A stretch of 64,000 nt of DNA from an uncultured Clostridia bacterium (GTDB taxonomy: Bacteria; Bacillota; Clostridia; TANB77; CAG-508), in NCBI GenBank assembly GCA_944393315.1, contig CALXZT010000001.1, forward strand, positions 10,252 to 74,251. Reading direction: 5' to 3'. This document shows, one piece after another, positions 32,444 to 42,840 of the stretch (its first letter is position 1; every line of letters begins with the position of its first letter). The notes under the pieces were generated by a model. It made no database searches. It saw only the letters and a program-made list of their open reading frames with translations, and had not been told where the DNA came from. The translations under genes and the position numbers were made by a program.

Positions 32444-32971
32444 TTAATTTGCCACTACTACCATAGAATGTCTAATTACTTTACTTCCAAATTTATAGCC
32501 TTTTCTATATTCTTGAACTATTTTTTGTGATTCTGTATTTGGATCATCAATACTACTTACTGCTTCGTGCAAGCTTGGGTCAAATGTTTCTCCAACTGCT
32601 TTTATTTCTTCTACTCCTCTAGATGCTAATACTTCTTTAAATTGTTTTAATACCATTTCTATTCCTTGTTTATAACTTGTATCTTGTGTTTCTGCTTTTG
32701 CGGCATTTTCTAAGTTATCTAGTACTGGAAGCATTATTTCTATAACATCTGAAAGTGTTCTTCCATATAATGTTTCTCTTTCTTTTTGTGCTCTTTTTTT
32801 ATAATTTTCAAATTCTGCCATTACTCTTTTATATCTATCTGTTAATTCATCTAGTTCTTGCTGTTTTTGTTGTAATTCTAAGTTTGCTTTTTGTTCCTCA
32901 TTATTATTATCTTTTGTTTCATCTTGCACTTTTTTTTCTATTTCTTCATTATTTTGCTTTTCTTCTGACAT
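32444..32971 (-). CDS. grpE: nucleotide exchange factor GrpE
   Basis: Coiled-coil N-terminus and GrpE C-terminal motifs (VMAEFENYKKR, GYKFGSKVIRHSMVVV). Start set at MSEEKQ with SD GAAGGT. Confidence 0.88.
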   Translation of the reverse strand: MSEEKQNNEEIEKKVQDETKDNNNEEQKANLELQQKQQELDELTDRYKRVMAEFENYKKRAQKERETLYGRTLSDVIEIMLPVLDNLENAAKAETQDTSYKQGIEMVLKQFKEVLASRGVEEIKAVGETFDPSLHEAVSSIDDPNTESQKIVQEYRKGYKFGSKVIRHSMVVVAN

Positions 32972-33031
32972 TTTATACCTTCTTTCTAAGAACTTTAATT
33001 CTTTTATTGCGTTATAATCTAAAGTTTTCAT

Positions 33032-34045
33032 TTAGTCTTTATTGTTTTCGTTTAACTTTTTGCTAATATATTTCATAACCGAAATTACTTTAGAATAATT
33101 CATTCTTTTAGGACCTATTATGCCTATTGTACCTAAGTCTTTGTTTCCTACTCTATGTTTAAAAGTGATAATACTGAAATCTTTTAGTTCTTCTTTTTCA
33201 CTTTCTTCACCTATATATACATTAATGTCTTGAGCTAATCCAGTGTTTAATATATCAGCCATTAAGTCTTTAGTGTCTAATAAATTTATAAAGTTTTTAG
33301 TTATTTCTAAGCTATTAAATTCTGGTAAATCAAATGCTTTGTTTGCCCCCTCTAAATGCAATTGCTCATCTTCATCTAGGACTTTTTTTATTTGTTCTAT
33401 TATTGGCTTTATTACTTTTACGCTATATGACATTTCATCAAATAAATATTCTTCTAATTTTCCTTTTATCTCATCTAGGGGTTTTCCTTTTAGCTTGTTG
33501 TTAAACATTAGATTTAATGTTTGCACTTGATTGTCATTTATGTCTTCATCAAATTTAATTATGGTCTCTTTTACTAGTCCTGAGTCTGTAAGTATTACGG
33601 TTAGTAACATTCTTGAGCCTAATAGCACAAATTTTATTTCTTCAATTTTTTGCTCATCATTTTTCGGTCCAATAGATACTGTTGCATAGTGTGTTACTTC
33701 AGAAATTGTATTTGCTGTTATTTGTGTTAGTTCTTCTATTTCGTTTACTTTTGTTTCTAACTTAGAACTTATATATTTGATTTCTTCTAAGCTGATATTG
33801 TCATCTTTTATTAATTTGTCAACATAAAATCTGTAACCTTTTTCTGATGGAATACGCCCACTTGATGTATGTGTTTTATCTAGAAATCCCATCTTTTCTA
33901 GTTCGGCCATTTCATTTCTGATTGTTGCACTACTATAATCTAGCCCATAATTGTTTACGAGAGAATTTGAACTGACTGGCTCTGCAGTGTTTACATATTC
34001 TTCTACAATTGCTTGTAAAACCCTTTTTTTTCTATCACTTAGCAA
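33032..34045 (-). CDS. hrcA: heat-inducible transcription repressor HrcA
   Basis: N-terminal wHTH (MLSDRKKRVLQAIVEEYVNTAEPVSS). 337 aa. TTG start inferred. Confidence 0.88.
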   Translation of the reverse strand: MLSDRKKRVLQAIVEEYVNTAEPVSSNSLVNNYGLDYSSATIRNEMAELEKMGFLDKTHTSSGRIPSEKGYRFYVDKLIKDDNISLEEIKYISSKLETKVNEIEELTQITANTISEVTHYATVSIGPKNDEQKIEEIKFVLLGSRMLLTVILTDSGLVKETIIKFDEDINDNQVQTLNLMFNNKLKGKPLDEIKGKLEEYLFDEMSYSVKVIKPIIEQIKKVLDEDEQLHLEGANKAFDLPEFNSLEITKNFINLLDTKDLMADILNTGLAQDINVYIGEESEKEELKDFSIITFKHRVGNKDLGTIGIIGPKRMNYSKVISVMKYISKKLNENNKD

Positions 34046-34063
34046 TTTCAAAGCTCCTTTCTT

Positions 34064-34090
34064 TTAGCAGTCTCGCTTTTTGTTTGCTAA
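34064..34090 (-). promoter_or_regulatory. CIRCE-like operator (TTAGCAGTC-N9-GTTTGCTAA), weaker copy
   Basis: Matches the CIRCE consensus TTAGCACTC-N9-GAGTGCTAA at 13 of 18 arm positions. Confidence 0.45.
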
Positions 34091-34113
34091 CTTTATATAT
34101 ACTATAACTTTTT

Positions 34114-34140
34114 TTAGCACTTGTCAATACTTTGTGCTAA
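34114..34140 (-). promoter_or_regulatory. CIRCE operator (TTAGCACTT-N9-TTGTGCTAA) upstream of hrcA-grpE-dnaK-dnaJ
   Basis: Near-consensus CIRCE inverted repeat with a 9-nt spacer. Confidence 0.7.
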
Positions 34141-34230
34141 TTTTTTTATTTTTTTTATAAATATTTCACATAATCTTCATCTATTGTGTTCCATTATTTT
34201 TTGAGCTATAATATGTATTAGGTGATTATT

Positions 34231-34881
34231 ATGAATTTTACAAAACAAAATACAAAAGAAATTGTTAAAATTTTAAAAAATACATATCCTGATGCAACTT
34301 GTAGTTTGAATTTTTCTACACCTTTTGAAGCAGTTGTTGCAGTCATTTTATCTGCTCAATGTACAGATGAAAGAGTAAATAAAACTACTCCTGCCCTATT
34401 TGCAAGATGCAAGTCCATTCAGGATTTTGTTGACATAGATATTAAAGAATTAGAAAATTTAATACATCCTTGCGGGTTTTATAGAAATAAGGCAAATAAT
34501 ATTAAAGCATGTGCCAAAAAAGTTTTAAAAGATTTTAATGGAGATGTTCCTTCAACTATGGATGAGCTCTTAACGCTTCCCGGAGTAGGAAGAAAAACTG
34601 CAAATGTTGTTTTACTTGAAGTTTTCGGAATTGCAAATGGTATTGCTATTGATACTCATGCTAAACGAATTTCGAATAAACTAGGTTTATCTAATAATTC
34701 TGATCCTGAGAAAATTGAGCAAGATTTATTAAAATTATTTGATAACAAAGATTTAAAATATATAAATCATCTTTTAGTTTGGCATGGCAGAAATACCTGC
34801 AAGGCAATAAAACCTAGTTGTAAAACTTGTACTATTAGCAAATATTGTCAAACTTATACTTCAGAAAATAAGTTAACTTAA
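34231..34881 (+). CDS. nth: endonuclease III (DNA glycosylase/AP lyase)
   Basis: HhH-GPD (LPGVGRKTANVVL) and C-terminal 4Fe-4S cluster (CKAIKPSCKTCTISKYC). Start at ATG after SD AGGTGA. Confidence 0.9.
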   Translation: MNFTKQNTKEIVKILKNTYPDATCSLNFSTPFEAVVAVILSAQCTDERVNKTTPALFARCKSIQDFVDIDIKELENLIHPCGFYRNKANNIKACAKKVLKDFNGDVPSTMDELLTLPGVGRKTANVVLLEVFGIANGIAIDTHAKRISNKLGLSNNSDPEKIEQDLLKLFDNKDLKYINHLLVWHGRNTCKAIKPSCKTCTISKYCQTYTSENKLT

Positions 34882-34938
34882 AAATGTTTTTGCATATTTT
34901 TGTATTTTTTTGTTATACTACTTTTTGAGGTGATATTT

Positions 34939-35061
34939 TTGACAAATATAAATTGTACTTCAAATTGTATTTATCAAAAAGATGGGAAATGTAATTATGA
35001 ATTAGTTGTTACTGGTAAAGTTTCTTCTACTTCTGACTGTGCATATTTTGTAAAAAAATAA
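34939..35061 (+). CDS. candidate 40-aa cysteine-containing small protein (MTNINCTSNCIYQKDGKCNYELVVTGKVSSTSDCAYFVKK)
   Basis: TTG start 6 nt after SD GAGGTGA. 4 Cys. Not in the ORF track because of its size. Confidence 0.3.
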   Translation: MTNINCTSNCIYQKDGKCNYELVVTGKVSSTSDCAYFVKK

Positions 35062-35139
35062 TTGATTCATTATTGCACATAAAAGAAACTATTTTCAAAT
35101 TTTATTTTGAGAATAGTTTCTTTTTATATAAATTTTTAT

Positions 35140-36249
35140 TTACATTTTTATAATTTTTTCCCATGGCAGATTTTCTTTTCCAAAGTGGCCATAATTTGTA
35201 GTTTGTGAATAGATTGGTTGTTTTAATTGCAAGTAATTTATAATTCCTGTTGGTGTTAAGTCAAATTTATTTTTTATCATTTGTACTAATTCTTCTTCTG
35301 ATTTTGTACCTGTTCCAAAAGTATTTACACATATTGAAAGTGGTTCTTTCATTCCTATCGCGTATGCTACTTGTATTTCACATTTTTTTGCATATCCATT
35401 TGCAACTATATTTTTAGCAATATGTCTTAACATATAAGCTGCTGAACGATCTACTTTACTTGCATCTTTTCCTGAAAACGCTCCTCCTCCATGTCTGCTA
35501 TAACCTCCATATGTGTCAACAATTATTTTCCTACCTGTTAATCCAGTGTCTCCTAAAGGTCCGCCTATTACAAATCTCCCTGTTGGATTTACATATATAT
35601 TTGTTTTATCATCTATCATATTTTCAGGTATAACTGCCTTTATTACATTTTCAATTACTGCACTTCTTACCTCTTCTGTTGTAACAGAATCTAAATGTTG
35701 TGTAGATATAAGTATTGTTTCTATTCTTTTTGGCTTGTCATCCTCATATTCCACGGTAACTTGTGTCTTTCCATCTGGTCGTAAAAATGGTACTATTCCC
35801 TTTTTTCGTACAGTGGTTAATCTTTTAGATAATTTGTGTGCCATATCTATTGCATAAGGCATATAGTTTTTCGTTTCATCACAAGCATATCCAAACATTA
35901 TTCCTTGGTCTCCTGCTCCTCCAACATCGACACCTAGTGCTATATCTGGGCTTTGCTTTGTTATGTTTATTAATATTTTGCAATTTCTATAATCTATATC
36001 TACTTCTTTATTATCAAAACCTATTTCCTTTATTCTGTTTCTTACAATTTTCTCAACATTTATTTCTGCTGTAGTTGTGAGTTGTCCTGCAATTGTAATT
36101 GTGTCATTTGTTGCAAAAGTTTCTATTGCTACTCTTGAATTGGAATCTTGTTTTAAACATTCATCTAATATGGCATCTGAAATTGAATCACATAATTTAT
36201 CTGGATGACCTTCTGTTACACTTTCTGATGTGAAATAATAATTTTTCAT
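35140..36249 (-). CDS. metK: S-adenosylmethionine synthetase
   Basis: [16 protein letters not shown] and GGGAFSGKD signatures. Confidence 0.95.
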   Translation of the reverse strand: MKNYYFTSESVTEGHPDKLCDSISDAILDECLKQDSNSRVAIETFATNDTITIAGQLTTTAEINVEKIVRNRIKEIGFDNKEVDIDYRNCKILINITKQSPDIALGVDVGGAGDQGIMFGYACDETKNYMPYAIDMAHKLSKRLTTVRKKGIVPFLRPDGKTQVTVEYEDDKPKRIETILISTQHLDSVTTEEVRSAVIENVIKAVIPENMIDDKTNIYVNPTGRFVIGGPLGDTGLTGRKIIVDTYGGYSRHGGGAFSGKDASKVDRSAAYMLRHIAKNIVANGYAKKCEIQVAYAIGMKEPLSICVNTFGTGTKSEEELVQMIKNKFDLTPTGIINYLQLKQPIYSQTTNYGHFGKENLPWEKIIKM

Positions 36250-36304
36250 TTTCTTCCTCCCTAAAATGGTTCATTATTTTTTATAATTTAATTATAAAAT
36301 TTAT

Positions 36305-36458
36305 TTTTATATAATAGAAAAACCTCTGCTTCGTGAGCAAAGGTTTAAATAAACAAGTTTCTTTATTATTCAAAGCTCTGCTTTGTCGGTTTTAGCACCT
36401 TGTGTTTTACAGGTTGCTGTGGAGTCATAAAGCCGATTCTCTCGTCCACTCTTAATAA
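36305..36458 (-). ncRNA. SAM-I (S-box) riboswitch with terminator, leader of metK
   Basis: Minus-strand sequence TTATTAAGAGTGGACGAGAGAATCGGC...ATGACTCCACAGCAACC...AAGGTGCTAAAACC...AGAGC matches the conserved S-box cores. Followed by hairpin CCTTTGCTCACGAAGCAGAGG + TTTTT. Confidence 0.7.
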
Positions 36459-36525
36459 AATTTATTAACTTTTGATATTATACTATATAATTTAATTTTT
36501 TTCAAGTGCTTTATAATTCTTTGGT

Positions 36526-37623
<1,098 letters not shown>

Positions 37624-37728
37624 ATAATAATTATATTATAACAAAATACACATATTTTTTTCAATATTTTTTAAACTTTTTTTATCTCTTATAATATAAT
37701 ATATAAATTTATTTTAAGGAGGCTAAAA

Positions 37729-38724
37729 ATGCATAAAAGAATCAAATTAGCAATAGTAGGTGCTACTGGTTTAGTTGGTAGAACTATACTTAAGGTTCTA
37801 GAAGAAAAGAATTTTCCAAATACTGAATATAATTTGTTTTGTTCCAAAAAATCTGCTGGCAACAAATTAAAATTTTTAAATCAGGAATATATTTTAGAAG
37901 AACTGCAAGATACCTCTTTTGATAGTGGTTTCGATTTTGCAATTTTTTCAGCTGGAGGTGATACTGCAAAACACTTCGCACCTATTGCTGTATCAAAAGG
38001 TTGTACAGTTATTGATAACAGTAGTGCCTTTAGAATGAAAAAAGACGTTCCTTTAGTTGTTCCAGAAGTTAATCCAGAAGATCTTTTTCCTAATAATGGA
38101 ATAATTTCAAACCCTAATTGTTCTACTATACAAGCTGTTGTTGCTTTAAAACCATTAGATAATAAATATAACATAAAAAGAGTTATATATTCCACATATC
38201 AAGCTGTTTCTGGTGCTGGTAGACAAGGTTTAATCGATTTAGAAAATGGTATAAAAAATCTTCCTCCTAAAAAATTTGCTCATCCTATTTATAATAATTG
38301 TATTCCCCATATTGACACATTTTCTGATGATGGTTATACAAAAGAAGAATTAAAAATGATTAATGAAACCCAAAAAATTTTGCACAAACCCGATTTAAAA
38401 ATAACAGCAACAGCTGTCAGAGTTCCTGTTGAAAATAGTCATAGTGAATCAATAAATATAGAATTTGATAAACCTTTTGAACTATCTGAAGTAAAAGAAC
38501 TTTTGTCATCCTCAACAGGAGTTATTGTTTTAGATAATCCCAATGAAAATATTTATCCTCTTGCGACTCTTGCAACTGGTCAAGATAAAGTTTTAGTTGG
38601 AAGAATCAGAAGAGATTTTAGTGTTGAAAATGGCCTAAATCTTTGGGTGGTTGCTGATAATATTAGAAAGGGTGCTGCTAGTAATGCTGTTCAAATTCTA
38701 GAAAAACTTATTTTAAAAAATTAA
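37729..38724 (+). CDS. asd: aspartate-semialdehyde dehydrogenase
   Basis: IVGATGLVGR NAD(P)-binding site, catalytic Cys in SNPNCSTI. SD AGGAGG. Confidence 0.9.
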   Translation: MHKRIKLAIVGATGLVGRTILKVLEEKNFPNTEYNLFCSKKSAGNKLKFLNQEYILEELQDTSFDSGFDFAIFSAGGDTAKHFAPIAVSKGCTVIDNSSAFRMKKDVPLVVPEVNPEDLFPNNGIISNPNCSTIQAVVALKPLDNKYNIKRVIYSTYQAVSGAGRQGLIDLENGIKNLPPKKFAHPIYNNCIPHIDTFSDDGYTKEELKMINETQKILHKPDLKITATAVRVPVENSHSESINIEFDKPFELSEVKELLSSSTGVIVLDNPNENIYPLATLATGQDKVLVGRIRRDFSVENGLNLWVVADNIRKGAASNAVQILEKLILKN

Positions 38725-38746
38725 TTGTAAAGGAATGAATTTTAAT

Positions 38747-39622
38747 ATGAAAGAAATTTTATTTACAGGTTGTGGTACTGCGATATCTACGCCTTTTTCT
38801 GAAAATGGAGTGAATTTTAAAGAATTTAAAAAATTAATTGAATTTCAAATTTCTAATGGAGTGAATGCTCTAATTGTTTGTGGTACCACTGGTGAAGCCA
38901 GTACTATGACAATTCAAGAAAAAATAGATACTATAAAATGTGCCATAGAAACTTCTAGTGGAAGAGTACCAATCATTGCTGGAACAGGTTCTAATAATAC
39001 TATTCAAGCAATAGAAATGTCAAGAAAAGCTGAAGCACTTGGGGCAACTGGTCTTTTAGTAGTAACTCCTTATTATAATAAAACTACTCAAGAAGGACTA
39101 ATTTCCCACTACTCTGCAATTGCAAAACAAGTAAATTTACCTATAATATTATATAATGTTCCCGGAAGAACTGGATTAAATATTTTACCTAAAACTTGTC
39201 TAGAACTTTCTAAAATTGATAACATTGTTGCTATTAAAGAAGCAAGTGGTAATTTATCACAAGTTGCTGAAATTGCACATCTATGTGGATATGATTTATC
39301 TATTTATTCTGGAAATGATGACCAGATTTTGCCTGTTCTTTCACTTGGAGGAAAAGGAGTTATTTCTGTTTTATCAAATGTAAAGCCAAAACTTGTATGC
39401 GATATGGTTGATAGTTTTTTTGAAGGTAATATTAATAAAGCAATTAATCTGCAATTAAAATCTATTCCTTTAATTAAAGCTCTATTTTGTGAAGTCAACC
39501 CTATACCAGTTAAAGCCGCACTTTCAATGATTGGTTTTAATTTTGGAGCACCTAGATTGCCCTTACTAGAAATGCAGAATACTAATAAAGAAATTTTAAA
39601 AAAAGAATTGGAAAAAATATAA
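38747..39622 (+). CDS. dapA: 4-hydroxy-tetrahydrodipicolinate synthase
   Basis: GTTGEASTMT motif, Schiff-base Lys region (AIKEASG). Start at the second ATG (MKEILFTG) given SD AAAGGAA spacing. Confidence 0.88.
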   Translation: MKEILFTGCGTAISTPFSENGVNFKEFKKLIEFQISNGVNALIVCGTTGEASTMTIQEKIDTIKCAIETSSGRVPIIAGTGSNNTIQAIEMSRKAEALGATGLLVVTPYYNKTTQEGLISHYSAIAKQVNLPIILYNVPGRTGLNILPKTCLELSKIDNIVAIKEASGNLSQVAEIAHLCGYDLSIYSGNDDQILPVLSLGGKGVISVLSNVKPKLVCDMVDSFFEGNINKAINLQLKSIPLIKALFCEVNPIPVKAALSMIGFNFGAPRLPLLEMQNTNKEILKKELEKI

Positions 39623-39662
39623 ATCCTTGCTTCATTTTTTGATATGGCTTCAAGTGCTTAAC

Positions 39663-40043
39663 TTAAAACACATTAGCTAAACTAAAAGAATTCTTTTGTT
39701 TTATGTGTTCTAATATATATTTAACTTCATCTATACTATTGATAGCCATATCATAATCACTCACTTCAATATAACTTTTTAGATTTGTTAAATTTGTATC
39801 TACTTTTTCTAATTCATCATGTTCTATAAAATATGATAGTTTTTTTCTCTTATTCCACCAACTATCTATTAATTCTTCTATATTTTTATTAGTACTGTCT
39901 TCGCCATTTTTTATTTTTTCTTTTAGGCTATCCAACATAATAGTTGTTTGTTTAATGCTTTCATCAGTATAACTTCTCGTTAAAAAATCTAATGAAAATA
40001 TGATAACTATTATCATTATTGAAATAATTATTTCTTTAAGCAT
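39663..40043 (-). CDS. DUF4363-like small membrane protein (partner of the DUF421 protein)
   Basis: N-terminal TM. Start at the internal ATG after SD AGGAGG. Overlaps the upstream gene's stop. Confidence 0.55.
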   Translation of the reverse strand: MLKEIIISIMIIVIIFSLDFLTRSYTDESIKQTTIMLDSLKEKIKNGEDSTNKNIEELIDSWWNKRKKLSYFIEHDELEKVDTNLTNLKSYIEVSDYDMAINSIDEVKYILEHIKQKNSFSLANVF

Positions 40044-40063
40044 TATTTTCCTCCTTGCTGCAT

Positions 40064-40735
40064 TTATTTTTCTCTTTTTTGGCAAAAAAATTGTCCTCTT
40101 CCATCTATAGTTGCCACTAATACTTCATTTGGCTTTAATCCAAATTTTTCTACTTGTTTTCTAAGCCATTCATAATTCTTTCCAATTTTTTGTAAATTGT
40201 CTGTCATTGTTTTTCCATCTACTATTAAATCATATGATAATCCTTCATATTCAGGCATTATTCCAAAATCTTCTGGAATTGTGTTTCTTTTATTTGGTTT
40301 TTGAACAACTGTTATTTCTCCACTCGTCTCTAATATTGCAAATTCAACATCTCCTAAATTCATTATATTATTGCTTCTTAATTTTTCTTGCAACTCATTT
40401 ATAGAAAATCTTTCCTTTTTTAATGCTTTTTCATCTATCTTTCCTCTGTACACTAAAATTCTTGGCTTTCCACAAATTATTTCTCTTGCTCTATTACTTT
40501 TTAGGTTTATTATAGAAATTATCAAATGCATAACAAGCAATCCTAATATTGGTATTATTCCATTTGTTATTGGAATTCCAATCTCTGTCATTGGTATTGA
40601 AGCTAAGTCCGCAATCATAATTGATATTGCAAGTTCAAATGGCTGAAGTTGACCTATTTCGCGTTTCCCCATTAATCTCATAACAATTAAAACTATTATG
40701 TATAAAACTATTGCTCTAAAAAAAGTTATTAACAT
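40064..40735 (-). CDS. DUF421 (YetF-like) membrane protein
   Basis: N-terminal 3 TMs + C-terminal soluble domain, typical YetF architecture (MLITFFRAIVLYIIV...). Confidence 0.7.
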   Translation of the reverse strand: MLITFFRAIVLYIIVLIVMRLMGKREIGQLQPFELAISIMIADLASIPMTEIGIPITNGIIPILGLLVMHLIISIINLKSNRAREIICGKPRILVYRGKIDEKALKKERFSINELQEKLRSNNIMNLGDVEFAILETSGEITVVQKPNKRNTIPEDFGIMPEYEGLSYDLIVDGKTMTDNLQKIGKNYEWLRKQVEKFGLKPNEVLVATIDGRGQFFCQKREK

Positions 40736-40891
40736 CTAATTTTCTCCTTTGCAAGCTTATTTTTTACAATTTCAGTTTATTTATTCATATTAATTTGCAT
40801 AAATAATTTTTTATTGTAAATAATAATTTTGTAACCTTGTATTTATTTACTTTTAATAAATTTAGTATAAACAAAAAGGAGGTTTCGTATC

Positions 40892-41263
40892 ATGGCAAAT
40901 ACTCAGGGTAATACTAACACTGGTACAAGTACAGTTTGGCAAATAGTTGGCAGATTAGTTGGTGCCGCTATAGTTTTGGCTATAACTGCTTTCTTTACAC
41001 CTGGTTTCCATATAAGTAACATTTGGACTTTGGCCATAGCTGCGATAGTTTTAACAATTATGGATTACTTAATTGTTAAATTTACTGGTTTACATGCTAG
41101 TCCTTTTGGTAAAGGATTCGTAGGTTTTGCTTTAGCTGCTGTAACATTATATGTTACTCAATTCTTTGTAGCAGGTTATACGATTTCATGGATGGCAGCA
41201 ATAATTGGTGCATTAATTTATGGCGTTATTGATTACTTTATACCTGGTAACCAATCAATGTAA
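40892..41263 (+). CDS. Phage_holin_4_2 family (YvlD-like) four-TM membrane protein
   Basis: TPGFHISNIWTLAIAAIVL resembles the VPGFHV motif of the family. 123 aa. SD AAAGGAGG. Confidence 0.55.
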   Translation: MANTQGNTNTGTSTVWQIVGRLVGAAIVLAITAFFTPGFHISNIWTLAIAAIVLTIMDYLIVKFTGLHASPFGKGFVGFALAAVTLYVTQFFVAGYTISWMAAIIGALIYGVIDYFIPGNQSM

Positions 41264-41398
41264 TGATTTAACACAAAAAAAGAATATATATCTATTTTGT
41301 AGGCTATAATTTATGTGGGTAAATTTTTTACTTAAATCATGCTTTTACTTAATAGTTATATATTCTTTTTTTATTTATTTTTATGCACGTTGTGCGTC

Positions 41399-42673
41399 TT
41401 AGACCTGTCTATTCCAGAACTTTTCATAAAGTTCTTTAGCAGTTTTTGGGCTATCTACTCCATCTTTGTTTTTTACAGGTGCAAAGTCATCTTCACGTGT
41501 TCCGCGAAGAATTGCTATATCATCAAAAAACTCAAATGCATCAAAAATGAAAGCTTCAAATTTGTAAGAGTTTGGTTCTTCTGGAATGATTTCTTTTCCA
41601 TCTTCATCTAAATAGGAATTTTTTTTGTGTGCACTATGGTATATTAATGGTTCTTTGCTAATTTTCTCTAATGCCTCTATAGTATATAAATTACACATTA
41701 TATGAGACTCTCCATATTTTAATTCTCCGTTTTTATCTCGTTGTTCTGCCATTGATGTTGGTAATTCTGTATATTCTATAACTTTTGGATGACCATTTAT
41801 TTTGCAGAAGACTCCTACTTTTTCATAAGGATTTGCTTTTGCAACTGATTTAGAAGCTATTTGAACATTTTTACTCTTTGCCATTCCTAATAATGTTATA
41901 TCTACCATTTTTAATAATACATTATCTACAGATCCTATAAAAATCCATTTGATACCTCTTTTTTTCATATCTGCCAAACATCCACTTGCTCTTAATGAAG
42001 AATATGTTCCTCCATTTCCGTCTGATGCTTGTTTTATTCTAAAATCTTTACTTATTAGTAATTTTCCTTGCTCATCTACTAATGGTAGTTCACTTTGTGT
42101 AAATATTGTTACAAGATTCTTATCATAACCAAAATAGTTATTTTTTTCTAAAAAATCAATTGTTTCTGCATTATTTTCCTTACTTGTCATTATATACCAT
42201 GGAATTGTAACTCCAAATTTTTTATTAGCCTCTTTTAAATTGTCTGCTAATATTTCAAATAAAAATTTTCCTTTTCCGTATACATCTAGCTTAAAAGTTC
42301 CTTTTGGTCCTTTATGCCCTAGTCTTGTTCCTTGTCCTCCGGCCATAGTAACAACTGCATATTCTTCTGCTTTAATAGTTTCCTCTCCTAATTTATCAAA
42401 TTGTTCTTTTTGATTTTTAGTAAGCTTTGACTTGTCTAAATAGCTCAAGGGTTCTATTTTGCTTTCTTTAAATTGTATTTTTTGTTTTGTGTTGTTATAT
42501 AATTCTGTTATTTGCTCAAAATTAATTCCTTGTATTTGTTTTATTAAATTATCTTGTTTTTCTTTATTCAATTTTTCTAGAAATCTTATAATGTGTTCTT
42601 GTTTGTACTTTCTTAAAGTTTCTATAGTTTCTTGTGTTCTATCCATTTTTACTTCTGTCCTTTCTCTAAACAT
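41399..42673 (-). CDS. UDP-sugar pyrophosphorylase of the eukaryotic UDPGP family (UAP1/UDP-GlcNAc pyrophosphorylase-like)
   Basis: MAGGQGTRLG nucleotide-binding loop and overall UDPGP-like length. The true start may be the internal ATG (MDRTQE). Confidence 0.7.
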   Translation of the reverse strand: MFRERTEVKMDRTQETIETLRKYKQEHIIRFLEKLNKEKQDNLIKQIQGINFEQITELYNNTKQKIQFKESKIEPLSYLDKSKLTKNQKEQFDKLGEETIKAEEYAVVTMAGGQGTRLGHKGPKGTFKLDVYGKGKFLFEILADNLKEANKKFGVTIPWYIMTSKENNAETIDFLEKNNYFGYDKNLVTIFTQSELPLVDEQGKLLISKDFRIKQASDGNGGTYSSLRASGCLADMKKRGIKWIFIGSVDNVLLKMVDITLLGMAKSKNVQIASKSVAKANPYEKVGVFCKINGHPKVIEYTELPTSMAEQRDKNGELKYGESHIMCNLYTIEALEKISKEPLIYHSAHKKNSYLDEDGKEIIPEEPNSYKFEAFIFDAFEFFDDIAILRGTREDDFAPVKNKDGVDSPKTAKELYEKFWNRQV

Positions 42674-42748
42674 TATAATATATTATATGAAATTGGATGA
42701 AGTTATTCTATCATATACATTTTAATTTGGCAAGCTTTTTAATTTTTG

Positions 42749-42777
42749 TCATATTCTCAAGAATTAATCCATATATA
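42749..42777 (+). promoter_or_regulatory. candidate sigmaE-type promoter for spoIVA (TCATATT-N14-CATATATA)
   Basis: Matches the sigmaE consensus (ATATT -35 / CATACA-T -10) about 65 nt upstream of the spoIVA ATG. Confidence 0.45.
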
Positions 42778-42840
42778 TTAATAAAAGTTTATGGTACAAA
42801 CTTCTGAGTAAATGTTCTCAAATAATAAGGAGGTATTTTA

